Made by a program: the position numbers and the translations under genes. The notes below the pieces were generated by a model. That model saw only the letters and a program-made list of their open reading frames with translations, made no database searches and was not told the DNA's origin. DNA of 64,000 nt from Candidatus Poribacteria bacterium (GTDB lineage: Bacteria > Poribacteria > WGA-4E > WGA-3G), in NCBI GenBank assembly GCA_965242965.1, contig OZ251518.1, positions 2,336,001 through 2,400,000 on the forward strand. Reading direction: 5' to 3'. Shown here in pieces: positions 27,530-35,767 of the stretch (the first letter of the stretch is position 1; the number at the start of each line of letters is the position of its first letter).

Positions 27530-28840
27530 ATGCAACAACTTTACGATACCCGAGCACCCAACCCGCCTTCACGTGCTATCCTCGTCGGCGTGAAACTCCG
27601 AGATGCCTCGATGCACGAAACAGAGGAGTCTTTGCAGGAACTGCGACAACTCACTGAAACGGCAGGCATCAAAGCCGTGTGTGAGACGATTCAACCGCGC
27701 AATGTGCCAAATCCAACCTATTTTATCGGCGAAGGTAAAGTCGAGGAACTAAAGACGCTCACCGCAGAACTCGAAGCGGACGCGGTTATCTTTGACGAAG
27801 AATTGTCACCGGCGCAAACGCGAAATATCGAACAAGCACTCGATGTTGCTACTGTTGATAGAACCGGGCTTATCCTCCAGGTCTTCGCCCAACGCGCCTC
27901 GACTAAGTCGGCACGCTTGCAGGTAGCCTTAGCGCAACTGGAATACGCGCTCCCACGCTTGACACGGATGTGGACGCACCTCTCGCGACTCGCGACCGGG
28001 GCTGGAGGCGGCGGCGGTTACCTCCGTGGGCCGGGTGAAACGCAACTTGAGATGGACAGACGTTGGATTCGCCGACACATCTCGCAAGTCAAAAAAGCAT
28101 TAGACACGGTGGAAAAGCGGCGGCATGTTCAGCGACGCAACCGCGCGGAAAAAATTAATGTCTCCCTCGTCGGCTATACGAACGCAGGGAAATCAACGCT
28201 CTTTAACGCGCTCACCGGTGAAAGCGTCCTCGCTGAAAACCAGTTGTTCGCGACGTTGGACTCTACCACGCGGAAACTGAGTCTGCCACACAATCAGCAG
28301 ATACTGCTGAGCGATACCGTCGGATTCATTAAGAAGCTGCCGCATCAACTCGTCGCCGCGTTTAAGGCGACGTTAGAAGAGGTAGCGGAGGCAGATCTGT
28401 TGCTCCACGTCGTTGATGTCAGCCATCCGGAGGCGGAGGCACAAATTGACGCAGTCAACGAAGTTCTCGCCGAATTGGATGCCACCGACATCCCGATGCT
28501 GATGGCTTTTAACAAGTGCGACCGGCTTGAAACGGAAGATGCACACCCCATCCTGCGGAGCCGCTATCCAGAAGCACTACCTATCTCTGCACAACGCGGG
28601 GACGGCCTTGAAACGTTGAGAGAAGCATTGGCGCAACGTTTTGTCAATCGCGGTGCCACGGTAGAACTCAGCATCCCCTATACAGCGGGAAAAACCTTGG
28701 ATCTACTCTATAAACACGGCACGGTGCTTGATACCGTCTATGGCGCGGAGGCTGTCCGCGTGAACGCGCGCGTGCCGAGTCGCTATCTCAAAACGTTTAA
28801 GCCATTTCTAGTTCCTGCAGACGAAGCGGAGACTTACTAG
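27530..28840 (+). CDS. hflX: Ribosome-splitting GTPase HflX
   Basis: RGPGETQLEMDRR, GYTNAGKS, LFATLD, DTVGF, NKCD. Confidence 0.96.
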   Translation: MQQLYDTRAPNPPSRAILVGVKLRDASMHETEESLQELRQLTETAGIKAVCETIQPRNVPNPTYFIGEGKVEELKTLTAELEADAVIFDEELSPAQTRNIEQALDVATVDRTGLILQVFAQRASTKSARLQVALAQLEYALPRLTRMWTHLSRLATGAGGGGGYLRGPGETQLEMDRRWIRRHISQVKKALDTVEKRRHVQRRNRAEKINVSLVGYTNAGKSTLFNALTGESVLAENQLFATLDSTTRKLSLPHNQQILLSDTVGFIKKLPHQLVAAFKATLEEVAEADLLLHVVDVSHPEAEAQIDAVNEVLAELDATDIPMLMAFNKCDRLETEDAHPILRSRYPEALPISAQRGDGLETLREALAQRFVNRGATVELSIPYTAGKTLDLLYKHGTVLDTVYGAEAVRVNARVPSRYLKTFKPFLVPADEAETY

Positions 28841-28938
28841 AATCAGCCCCGTAGGTGCGGTTTGAAACCGCGCCACTTGCGAAATGTGCGCTCTTACAAC
28901 GCGCGCCTACCAAGGCTTATAGACTTCGGTGTCAACTT

Positions 28939-29187
28939 ATGAGTTGGATAGACAAGATTGACATCGGGCACGACTTGCAAGTCTGTCCCGATTGTCAGCG
29001 CGAATATGAGGTGCTGGAGCAGTTTTTAGGCGACACGCAGGATGTCACACCGCGGTGGATTATCGATGCTGTCTTCAACGACGCGTATTACGTCGCCTTG
29101 AGGTGTCCACAATGCCTTGAAACTCGGCACCTCTGCATCCAGTCGTTGACAACCGCTCAATTCTATACCGAAAAGGAGAGAAAATGA
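28939..29187 (+). CDS. Small hypothetical protein with two CxxC motifs
   Basis: MSWIDK...CPDC...CPQC. Stop overlaps the next start (ATGA). The ORF-track extension is a REP. Confidence 0.6.
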   Translation: MSWIDKIDIGHDLQVCPDCQREYEVLEQFLGDTQDVTPRWIIDAVFNDAYYVALRCPQCLETRHLCIQSLTTAQFYTEKERK

Positions 29188-29975
29188 AGATAGGCGTTAC
29201 CCAGATTATCCTCGGAAATATGTCGTTGGCAGATACGTTGTCCCTCTGTCAGGATGCCGGCTACGATGCCGTTGAGCTCACCTTCAACGAGAGTAAGGAT
29301 ACCGACATTAACATGAGCGACGCAGAACTCCGCGGCATCGCCGAGACATGCAAAGCCGCCGGTGTGGACATCGGCAGTATTACGGCTGGCTATGCCGACA
29401 GGGGCAATCTGCTCAGCCTTGATGCAACCGAACGTGAGAAAGGTGCACGCTCCCTCGCCCGCGGCATTGAAGTGGCAGGTGCGCTCGGTGTCGGCGGCAT
29501 CTTATTGCACCCGGGGCAACTCACCGTGGCGGGGACTTATCAACAAGTTTGGGATAACCTCGTTGGGATTTTGAAGGAGCTCGCGCCTTCTGCCGAGGCG
29601 CATCACGTCGCTGTCGGACTTGAGAACGTCTGGAACAAATTCCTGCTCAGTCCAAAGGAAATGCGGGAGATTGTGGACGAAATCGGTAGCGATTGGGTGG
29701 GCACTTATCTGGACACGGCGAACATGATGGCATACGGCTATCCGGAACACTGGATTCGGGAGCTCGGTTCGCGCATCAAACGGGTGCATTTTAAGGATTT
29801 CTCCCGCGGCGCGCATCAGTTCGTTAATCTATTAGATGGGGATACGGATTGGCCCGCTGTCATGGAAGCGTTCCGTGCCATCGGTTATGACGGTTACGTC
29901 ATCCACGAAGTCGGTGGCGACAGAGAAGCACAAATTGATTTGGCGCAACGGATGCGCAAAATCGTGGCGATGTAG
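29184..29975 (+). CDS. Sugar phosphate isomerase/epimerase (AP endonuclease 2 TIM barrel)
   Basis: GYDAVEL, LENVWNKFLLSP, YLDTAN, RVHFKDF, GDTDWP. Confidence 0.9.
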   Translation: MKIGVTQIILGNMSLADTLSLCQDAGYDAVELTFNESKDTDINMSDAELRGIAETCKAAGVDIGSITAGYADRGNLLSLDATEREKGARSLARGIEVAGALGVGGILLHPGQLTVAGTYQQVWDNLVGILKELAPSAEAHHVAVGLENVWNKFLLSPKEMREIVDEIGSDWVGTYLDTANMMAYGYPEHWIRELGSRIKRVHFKDFSRGAHQFVNLLDGDTDWPAVMEAFRAIGYDGYVIHEVGGDREAQIDLAQRMRKIVAM

Positions 29976-30053
29976 CAAAAAACCGCGCACGTCGTAGGGC
30001 GAGGGCCTGTCCCTCGTCATGTAAAGTCGCCCTACGCGCGTGCGCAGTCTGGA

Positions 30054-30138
30054 TGCCGGAGGTCGGACTCGAACCGACATGGGCCTAGGGCCCGCTGGAT
30101 TTTGAGTCCAGTGCGTCTACCGATTTCACCACTCCGGC
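30054..30138 (-). tRNA. tRNA-Leu(CAA)
   Basis: GCCGGAGTGGTGAAATCGGTAGAC, anticodon arm CTGGA-CT-CAA-AA-TCCAG, GGTTCGAGTCC. Confidence 0.95.
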
Positions 30139-30160
30139 GGTTTCGCAGGCTAACACGTAT

Positions 30161-30189
30161 ATTATACCACATTTTTTGGCAAAAGTCAA
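30161..30189 (-). promoter_or_regulatory. sigma70 promoter for tRNA-Leu(CAA)
   Basis: TTGACT-17 nt-TATAAT with a TG extension. Confidence 0.8.
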
Positions 30190-30215
30190 GAAAATTTTCA
30201 CTATCCACGAAAATC

Positions 30216-31064
30216 ATGAATCAACAACGCAAACCTGCCGCTGACAACCTATTTGAACGCATTTTTATCGCGACGCGCGCCTTCCTGGGGCAATTGCTAC
30301 AAAAGGAGACGTGGCAGGCGTTGTGGCATTGGATGCTTTGGCGCGTTTCGCCGAAACGCCGGCGCATCCATAAATTGACGCGCCAACTCCAGCCGCTTGA
30401 TGCAAGCGCGCCCGCCGAAATGCACGCCTTGCGAGATGAAGTCTTCGCAAAGAGTTGCCTGGAACTTCAACAACTTGAAGAACAGCAGATTCTGCTAGAC
30501 ATCCTCAACAAGGCTCACCGTCCACTCGGCTTTGAGCAGGTATTTTTGGCGGCCATCTATCCCATTTTCGTCAAACGCGACATGGAAGTCATCCCGCTTT
30601 CTACCGAAACAGAACATCGGCTTGATGTCGAAATCGGATACCTCGGACATAACGAGGATTACTTCTTTTGGGTGTTTGAAATCGACAGCACGAAACGTCT
30701 CACCCTAGAAACGCCGCTTGACCCGCGGCAGGAGGTGCGCGACGACAAATGCTACGTCGTCTATTCCCTCGGAAGTGTCGGCCTGGTGGAGACAGACTAC
30801 GCCGCGTATGCGGAGCAGTGGCTGCTTGACGCGCCGCGCTTGGCAACCGCGCTCCCTATCCTCGCCGCCGCGTATGCGGAGCAGTGGCTGCTGAACGCCC
30901 GGATTTACCTCGCGCACATCCTCAAAGACCTGGGGAAGCGCAACTACCAAATCACAGCAACGGCAATACCTGATTTTGAACGGGAGCGGTTGTCACTCTT
31001 ACGCCGTCTCTCCCTGGACCGGCTAAGAAAACGTCAATCTCTGTCCGCACGCCGAACTCGGTAA
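30216..31064 (+). CDS. Hypothetical protein
   Basis: 282-codon ORF from ATG 30216 with an internal AAYAEQWLL duplication. Its 3' end overlaps the convergent peptidase gene. Confidence 0.6.
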   Translation: MNQQRKPAADNLFERIFIATRAFLGQLLQKETWQALWHWMLWRVSPKRRRIHKLTRQLQPLDASAPAEMHALRDEVFAKSCLELQQLEEQQILLDILNKAHRPLGFEQVFLAAIYPIFVKRDMEVIPLSTETEHRLDVEIGYLGHNEDYFFWVFEIDSTKRLTLETPLDPRQEVRDDKCYVVYSLGSVGLVETDYAAYAEQWLLDAPRLATALPILAAAYAEQWLLNARIYLAHILKDLGKRNYQITATAIPDFERERLSLLRRLSLDRLRKRQSLSARRTR

Positions 31065-32133
31065 GGTAGATGCCCGGTTCAATGGAGAAGCAGATGCCGG
31101 GAATAAGCACGCGCGCATCGCGCGTCTCCAGATTATCCAAATTCACGCCGTTGCCGTGGATAGCCGTGCCGATGTTGTGCCCGGTGCGGTGAATGAAGAA
31201 CTCGCCGAAGCCTTTTTCCGTTATATATGCGCGCGTGCAATCATCAACGGCGTAGCCGTAAATCGGTTCGTCTGCCTCCCATTTTTCACGGATGAACGCC
31301 ACCGCTCTGTCCCGCGCGCCCTTGACAATCTCAAAAATCTCAACGAACCGCTGGGGAACCGTCGTGCCGGCATAGGCCACCCACGTCGTGTCCGCGAAGA
31401 CTGCATCCGGTGCCTTCTGCTTAGCCCACAAATCGATTAAGATGAAATCGCCTTTTTTGATAGGCTGTGTTTGCGTTGCGGTGGGTGCGTAGTGCGGGTC
31501 GCGGCTGTTCGCATTCACGGCGACAATCGGCGGATGGTCTGACGTTAAATCCATCGCTTCAAATCGCTGGAGAATGAACTGCTGAACGTCGTATTCCGTG
31601 AGTTCTTTTTCATCGCGGAGCTGCTCCCCAATCCACGTGAACGCCTCGTCCTTCGCCGTTAATACTAATCGCGCCGCTGCTTGGTGTCCATCGGCTTGTT
31701 CCTCAGTCAGACGTGCCTCAACGCGCTGTGCCAAATCTGCAGACGTGTGAACCTCAACGCCGAATGAACGAATCCACTCCAACGTGCCGGCATCCACGCG
31801 CGAAATGTAGGGAATTGCGGCGTGCGGCGAGTATTCCATCGCGACGTTTCGGACATCGGCGAGCAGAACCGCTATCTGCTCGTTCAGAGCTTGCCATCCT
31901 GTATAGTGGGCGATGCTCCCCGGCACATCGGCAAAATTCGATGTTTCGATGGAATGAATGAGCCACTTCGGTTCGCCTTGTGCGGGAATAAGACAGAACC
32001 ATCGGCGTGTAATATGTGCATCGGTGAGCCCGGCGACATTTTGCGCAATTGGGTTCATTCCTCGGAAATCGTATAAGAGCCATGCTTCAAGTTTTAATTC
32101 GGTGAGTGCGGTTTGGATTTCGGTTATTTTCAT
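30952..32133 (-). CDS. M24 family Xaa-Pro peptidase
   Basis: DPHY, LIDLW, ADTT, HRTGH, SIEPGIY, GVRTEID. Confidence 0.92.
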   Translation of the reverse strand: MKITEIQTALTELKLEAWLLYDFRGMNPIAQNVAGLTDAHITRRWFCLIPAQGEPKWLIHSIETSNFADVPGSIAHYTGWQALNEQIAVLLADVRNVAMEYSPHAAIPYISRVDAGTLEWIRSFGVEVHTSADLAQRVEARLTEEQADGHQAAARLVLTAKDEAFTWIGEQLRDEKELTEYDVQQFILQRFEAMDLTSDHPPIVAVNANSRDPHYAPTATQTQPIKKGDFILIDLWAKQKAPDAVFADTTWVAYAGTTVPQRFVEIFEIVKGARDRAVAFIREKWEADEPIYGYAVDDCTRAYITEKGFGEFFIHRTGHNIGTAIHGNGVNLDNLETRDARVLIPGICFSIEPGIYLTEFGVRTEIDVFLAGPGRDGVRVTTAPVQNQVLPLL

Positions 32134-32137
32134 GATG

Positions 32138-32191
32138 CTATCCTTGATTTTTGCCGAAAAACGGGTTTATGTCGGTATCCACAAAAACCAA
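32138..32191 (-). pseudogene. Decayed 5' fragment of a PIN toxin gene
   Basis: SD GGAG followed by TTG-VFVDTDINPFFGKNQG-stop; similar at DNA level to 34490-34545. Confidence 0.5.
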
Positions 32192-32339
32192 CGCTCCTGC
32201 TCCTCTGCCCTACGGTTCAATTGCAGAAATTTGAAACGTTGCAATTGATGCCTTTCCACATACGGGATACGCCATGTAAGAACGACTTACGTGGTTGGCT
32301 AAAACCCAGTCCGCTGGATTAGAACCGGTTGTAACCTCT

Positions 32340-33056
32340 TCACTTAAATTGAGTTAGCAACTTTCCTAGTTCGCGGAGAGAATTGTTCCGGCGTAAGGTT
32401 TCCCGATCGATAACTACATATTCAGCTATGTCGGGGGCCATCGTTTCGCGATACCGCTGCCGCCTAAGGTTCCTCTGGGGCATGTTTGGATTGAGTCTCC
32501 GTAGAATTTTCGCAGAAAACTCCACCAAATATTCCTTGGCACCTCTGCCGCCTATTTCCGTTTCAACGATCTTCTCCGTATTGCCACTCTGACGACTTGC
32601 AATCCATCGTGCCAAAGTCCGGTCTGCCGAGACTGTATTCCGACAATTTTCCCGATACTGTGCGCGTTTGCGGGCGAAATAACAGAAAATCCCCAGACAA
32701 TCAATTAGCAACCATGCTTCAAGTTCCTGAACGGCCTCCGCAAGGAAGACTCTGCCAGCAAAACGACGATTGTTGACAATTCTGGTAACCTGATTGATAA
32801 GCGAATTTGGTTCTTGCCGTCGTTGATGTATGGACATTGGGCCATCGCGATCAATGACGAAGATAACACAGACATCCTCTCTGAGATGATTCTGAACTGC
32901 CCTCGTCAGCGTATCCCTCTTCGGTATGTCACCTTTGCCAGAGGTTTGGATAGACAGATTCCCGAGATGCAAATGTGTCGCCAATTTACTTGCCAAACAT
33001 TCAACAACTTTAGCATCATAGTCTGATTCCAAAGTCCAGATTCTTATGCTTGGCAT
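32340..33056 (-). CDS. DUF4276/RloB-like (TOPRIM-like) protein, partner of the AAA ATPase
   Basis: N-terminal strand-E-x-x-x-D (WTLESDYD), VIFVIDRD (DxD), QELEAWLL. Start overlaps the ATPase stop. Confidence 0.7.
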   Translation of the reverse strand: MPSIRIWTLESDYDAKVVECLASKLATHLHLGNLSIQTSGKGDIPKRDTLTRAVQNHLREDVCVIFVIDRDGPMSIHQRRQEPNSLINQVTRIVNNRRFAGRVFLAEAVQELEAWLLIDCLGIFCYFARKRAQYRENCRNTVSADRTLARWIASRQSGNTEKIVETEIGGRGAKEYLVEFSAKILRRLNPNMPQRNLRRQRYRETMAPDIAEYVVIDRETLRRNNSLRELGKLLTQFK

Positions 33057-34255
33057 GCTAATTTCCCCATCAACTCTTTTAGAAGCGAACTGTGGAAAAT
33101 GGCACTGCCGATGCCGAAATCCACAATCCAGCCATCCAAAGAGGCTCGTTTGTGACGAATGTCCTCGAGATTGACAACTTCTGTGCCTCGTCCCGGCTGG
33201 TTACGTAGAAGCAAAACACCGAGCCAATCCGATAAACTCTCATCCCTAAAGGTATCTAGAAGCTGAGAACTATGGGTTGTGATAATCACCTGGGTGCGTT
33301 CGGCAATTTGCTCAAGCACCTGCGCGATATCCAACAGCGCGCCGGGGTGCAGATTCCGCTCCGGTTCCTCAATGGCGATGAGCGGCGGCAATTTCGGTTG
33401 GTTGAGCAAGACATAATACGCAACGAGACGCAGCGTTCCATCAGACGCGCTCGCCAAAGGTATAGGTCTTTCGTGCCCTTCCCAAAGACAGAGTTGGTTC
33501 TCTCCATCAATTTCACAAAGATCTATGCTGATATTCGTACTCGCCGCGAGGGAATCACTAACGTCGCAAAACCGCTCTCGTGCATTCTTATACCAGTACG
33601 AGAGTAACATAGATAATGTAGAACCATGAATATTAAGTTGTGGAAATTCGCGCAACTCGTCGGATTTATCCGACAAGGCTTTCCCGACTCTAAGAAACGG
33701 AGAGCTCATGAGCTCGTCATCGTCGCGCATGAGATTTGGTTGAAAGTCGTAAAAATTCCACCCCTTAATGAATTCTGTCAAGACATTTGTAGCGGGTTTG
33801 TCGCCGTAATCGCCGGCTGACCTCAAAGCGAGTTTATCGGACTTGTATCTTGTTTGGTTTTCGCCGTTTTCATCCCAAACATGACCTTGGCCGTTCTGAA
33901 TTGATATAACCTTTTCACCGTTAACCAATAATTCCTCGGTAGCAAAAGGACTATCAGTTTCCGTGTTAAGCACCAATTGGTACTCAGCAGGCGTTTTGTC
34001 CACTTCGGACTGCAATCGGAAAGTGATACGGCTCGCATCCCCTGCCCACAGAGAATTTTGGATTAATTCAACTGGGGGAGGTGCTTCAATACGCATCATC
34101 ATGTTAAAAAGGCTCAAAGCATTCAAAACATTCGACTTCCCACTCGCATTGGGACCGACCAGCACCGTCAACGGCTTTAGTGGAAGTTCCACATCACGCA
34201 AACTCAGGAAGTTCTTGATGTGAACCTTCTCTAAAAATACGTTGCCATCAAACAT
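33044..34255 (-). CDS. AAA_21/AAA_15-type ABC-like ATPase
   Basis: IKNFLSL, GPNASGKSN, ASDGTLR, IAIEEPERNLHP, ITTHS. Confidence 0.92.
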   Translation of the reverse strand: MFDGNVFLEKVHIKNFLSLRDVELPLKPLTVLVGPNASGKSNVLNALSLFNMMMRIEAPPPVELIQNSLWAGDASRITFRLQSEVDKTPAEYQLVLNTETDSPFATEELLVNGEKVISIQNGQGHVWDENGENQTRYKSDKLALRSAGDYGDKPATNVLTEFIKGWNFYDFQPNLMRDDDELMSSPFLRVGKALSDKSDELREFPQLNIHGSTLSMLLSYWYKNARERFCDVSDSLAASTNISIDLCEIDGENQLCLWEGHERPIPLASASDGTLRLVAYYVLLNQPKLPPLIAIEEPERNLHPGALLDIAQVLEQIAERTQVIITTHSSQLLDTFRDESLSDWLGVLLLRNQPGRGTEVVNLEDIRHKRASLDGWIVDFGIGSAIFHSSLLKELMGKLACQA

Positions 34256-34281
34256 GGATGTTTACCTCTGATTATTTGTGT

Positions 34282-34385
34282 TAAATCTTAAGACGCTAAC
34301 ATTTTAGCATAAATCCGATTGTTATGCAAAAGAATTTCGGTGCGAAGTGCAATTGCTCTATCAACGGATAGGGAGTTCGCAGACC
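34282..34385 (-). repeat. ~104-bp direct repeat, copy 1, containing a promoter
   Basis: Nearly identical to 35180-35284. Minus-strand TTGCAT-17-TAAAAT with a TG extension, overlapped by a GCATAA...TTATGC inverted repeat. Confidence 0.88.
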
Positions 34386-34391
34386 TTGCTA

Positions 34392-34535
34392 TCAACATAG
34401 GAATTCATCTGAAAATCTCGTTGGGAGTTCGGAAATTGAAATGTTAAGCGACTCCTGGTTAAAAACTTGAAACAGCAACGGCAAACGCTGAATTTTGGCG
34501 AAGATCGAGAGCACGTCGGTATCTACAAAAACCAA
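34392..34535 (-). pseudogene. Truncated PIN-domain toxin (47 codons)
   Basis: SD GGAGGG followed by TTG-VFVDTDVLSIFAKIQRLPLLFQVF, a PIN N-terminal motif directly after the UPF0175 gene; premature TGA. Confidence 0.65.
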
Positions 34536-34537
34536 GG

Positions 34538-35020
34538 CTACTGTCCCTCCGTTCTTGCATTGGATTTGCGCAGACGTTTAATGAGCTCAACCCCTGCTTT
34601 CAATTCTTCTGCCGGACGCACTTCAACGATTTTCCAGAGGCCCCTTTCCGCGAAAACCTCGTCTAACTCAAACCGGTGGATGCCCGCAAGATCAGCGGCC
34701 CTTCCGAACGTCACCGCACCTTCTTGATAGAAAAGGATAGCGGCATCGAGTCGCGACGCATTGTCAAGAGACTGACGCAGCAGCTCGTGCTCCATTTCCG
34801 GTTCATTTTTAACAGCAGCGAGCACAGCCTCAAAAGCCTTTTTGACTTCGGCCGTTAGCGTATCCGGAACGGTTTTATCTGACAGCACGGGGGCACACTC
34901 GGGTTCGGATTCTGCGTGTTCTATCAGGGATTCACGCAGCCGCTTACGTTCCTCTTCAGACAGTTTTTGAATCAGCGGCAACAGTTTGTCAAGTGTTACC
35001 GGTTCAGAAATTTGAATCAT
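34538..35020 (-). CDS. UPF0175-family antitoxin with an N-terminal extension
   Basis: YQEGAVTFGRAADLAGIHRFELDEVFAERG; SD AAGGAG. Confidence 0.75.
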   Translation of the reverse strand: MIQISEPVTLDKLLPLIQKLSEEERKRLRESLIEHAESEPECAPVLSDKTVPDTLTAEVKKAFEAVLAAVKNEPEMEHELLRQSLDNASRLDAAILFYQEGAVTFGRAADLAGIHRFELDEVFAERGLWKIVEVRPAEELKAGVELIKRLRKSNARTEGQ

Positions 35021-35179
35021 TGTAATAGACTCCTTTCAGAACAACGCAAATGAGCACGGCACATCAGCGATGATGACACTCCATGTCAGGAGGTTAATCA
35101 ACTACGCGCAAAATCTGCAATCCGCCCATCAAACACAGACGCGGAAGCACAACCTGTGCAGACTCAGAATCACCGTTGC

Positions 35180-35284
35180 TAAGTCTTAAAACACTAACAT
35201 TTTAGCATAAATCCGATTTTTATGCAAAAGACATTTCGGCGCGAAGTGCAATTGCTCTATCAACGGATGGGGAGTTCGCTGACC
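35180..35284 (-). repeat. ~104-bp direct repeat, copy 2, containing a promoter
   Basis: Matches 34282-34385 with about 8 differences. Confidence 0.88.
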
Positions 35285-35299
35285 CCTTTTCCGGTTTGA

Positions 35300-35372
35300 G
35301 CCTTTCAGTCTCAATATCCAATTCCGACACGTCAACTTCACCAGATATGAGTTTCGGAAGCAGGAATTCGCG
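35300..35372 (-). pseudogene. hsdS: C-terminal remnant of a type I restriction-modification specificity subunit
   Basis: REFLLPKLISGEVDVSELDIET, the typical HsdS C-terminus. Confidence 0.65.
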
Positions 35373-35376
35373 GGGT

Positions 35377-35752
35377 TCACAGCACGCCATCCGTCGCACA
35401 GGCCGCCGCACGCGCCTTATCGCGATACCCGCTGTCCGCAAGGATGCACCGCACCCCGTTTTTCACGAGACAGGGGCACTGCGTGTCCAACGCCTTGCCT
35501 CGTTGACAGTCACCGGCAACACGTCAAATCTCAAAGACGAGCAGGGAGACACGGTATAGCACCGCTGTCTGCCGCGCCGGCGAGGTGAGTTCTGGGTGGC
35601 AAAAAAATCTGCTAGCAAAGAAAAAAGCAATGTGATATACTGATGCATGTCAGGAGACTTCATGGGGTGTCTCATAGAATGGATTTGTTCTTCATGCTAG
35701 GATACCCCATCTCCTGACATTTTACAACCATTTATGAAACACCCTCGATTAA
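35377..35752 (-). mobile_element. Internally deleted DDE insertion sequence remnant with one terminal repeat
   Basis: End sequence ttaatcgagggtgtttcataaatg on the minus strand. Fragments MKSPDMHQYITLLFSLL...RRGRQRCY and, in another frame, VRCILADSGYRDK (ADxGY DDE motif). Confidence 0.6.
35633..35724 (+). ncRNA. Putative antisense hairpin RNA (RNA-OUT-like) with an extended -10 promoter
   Basis: TG-n-TATACT (35633-35641), then atgtcaggaga...atggggtgtc pairing with gataccccatctcctgacat, followed by TTTT. Confidence 0.45.
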
Positions 35753-35767
35753 TTAGGTATTTGCAAC

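Noticed and set aside
17526-30138. Possible integrated element between two tRNA-Leu genes
   Set aside because: Both are complete, different isoacceptors with their own promoters; there is no integrase or att duplication, and housekeeping genes lie between them.
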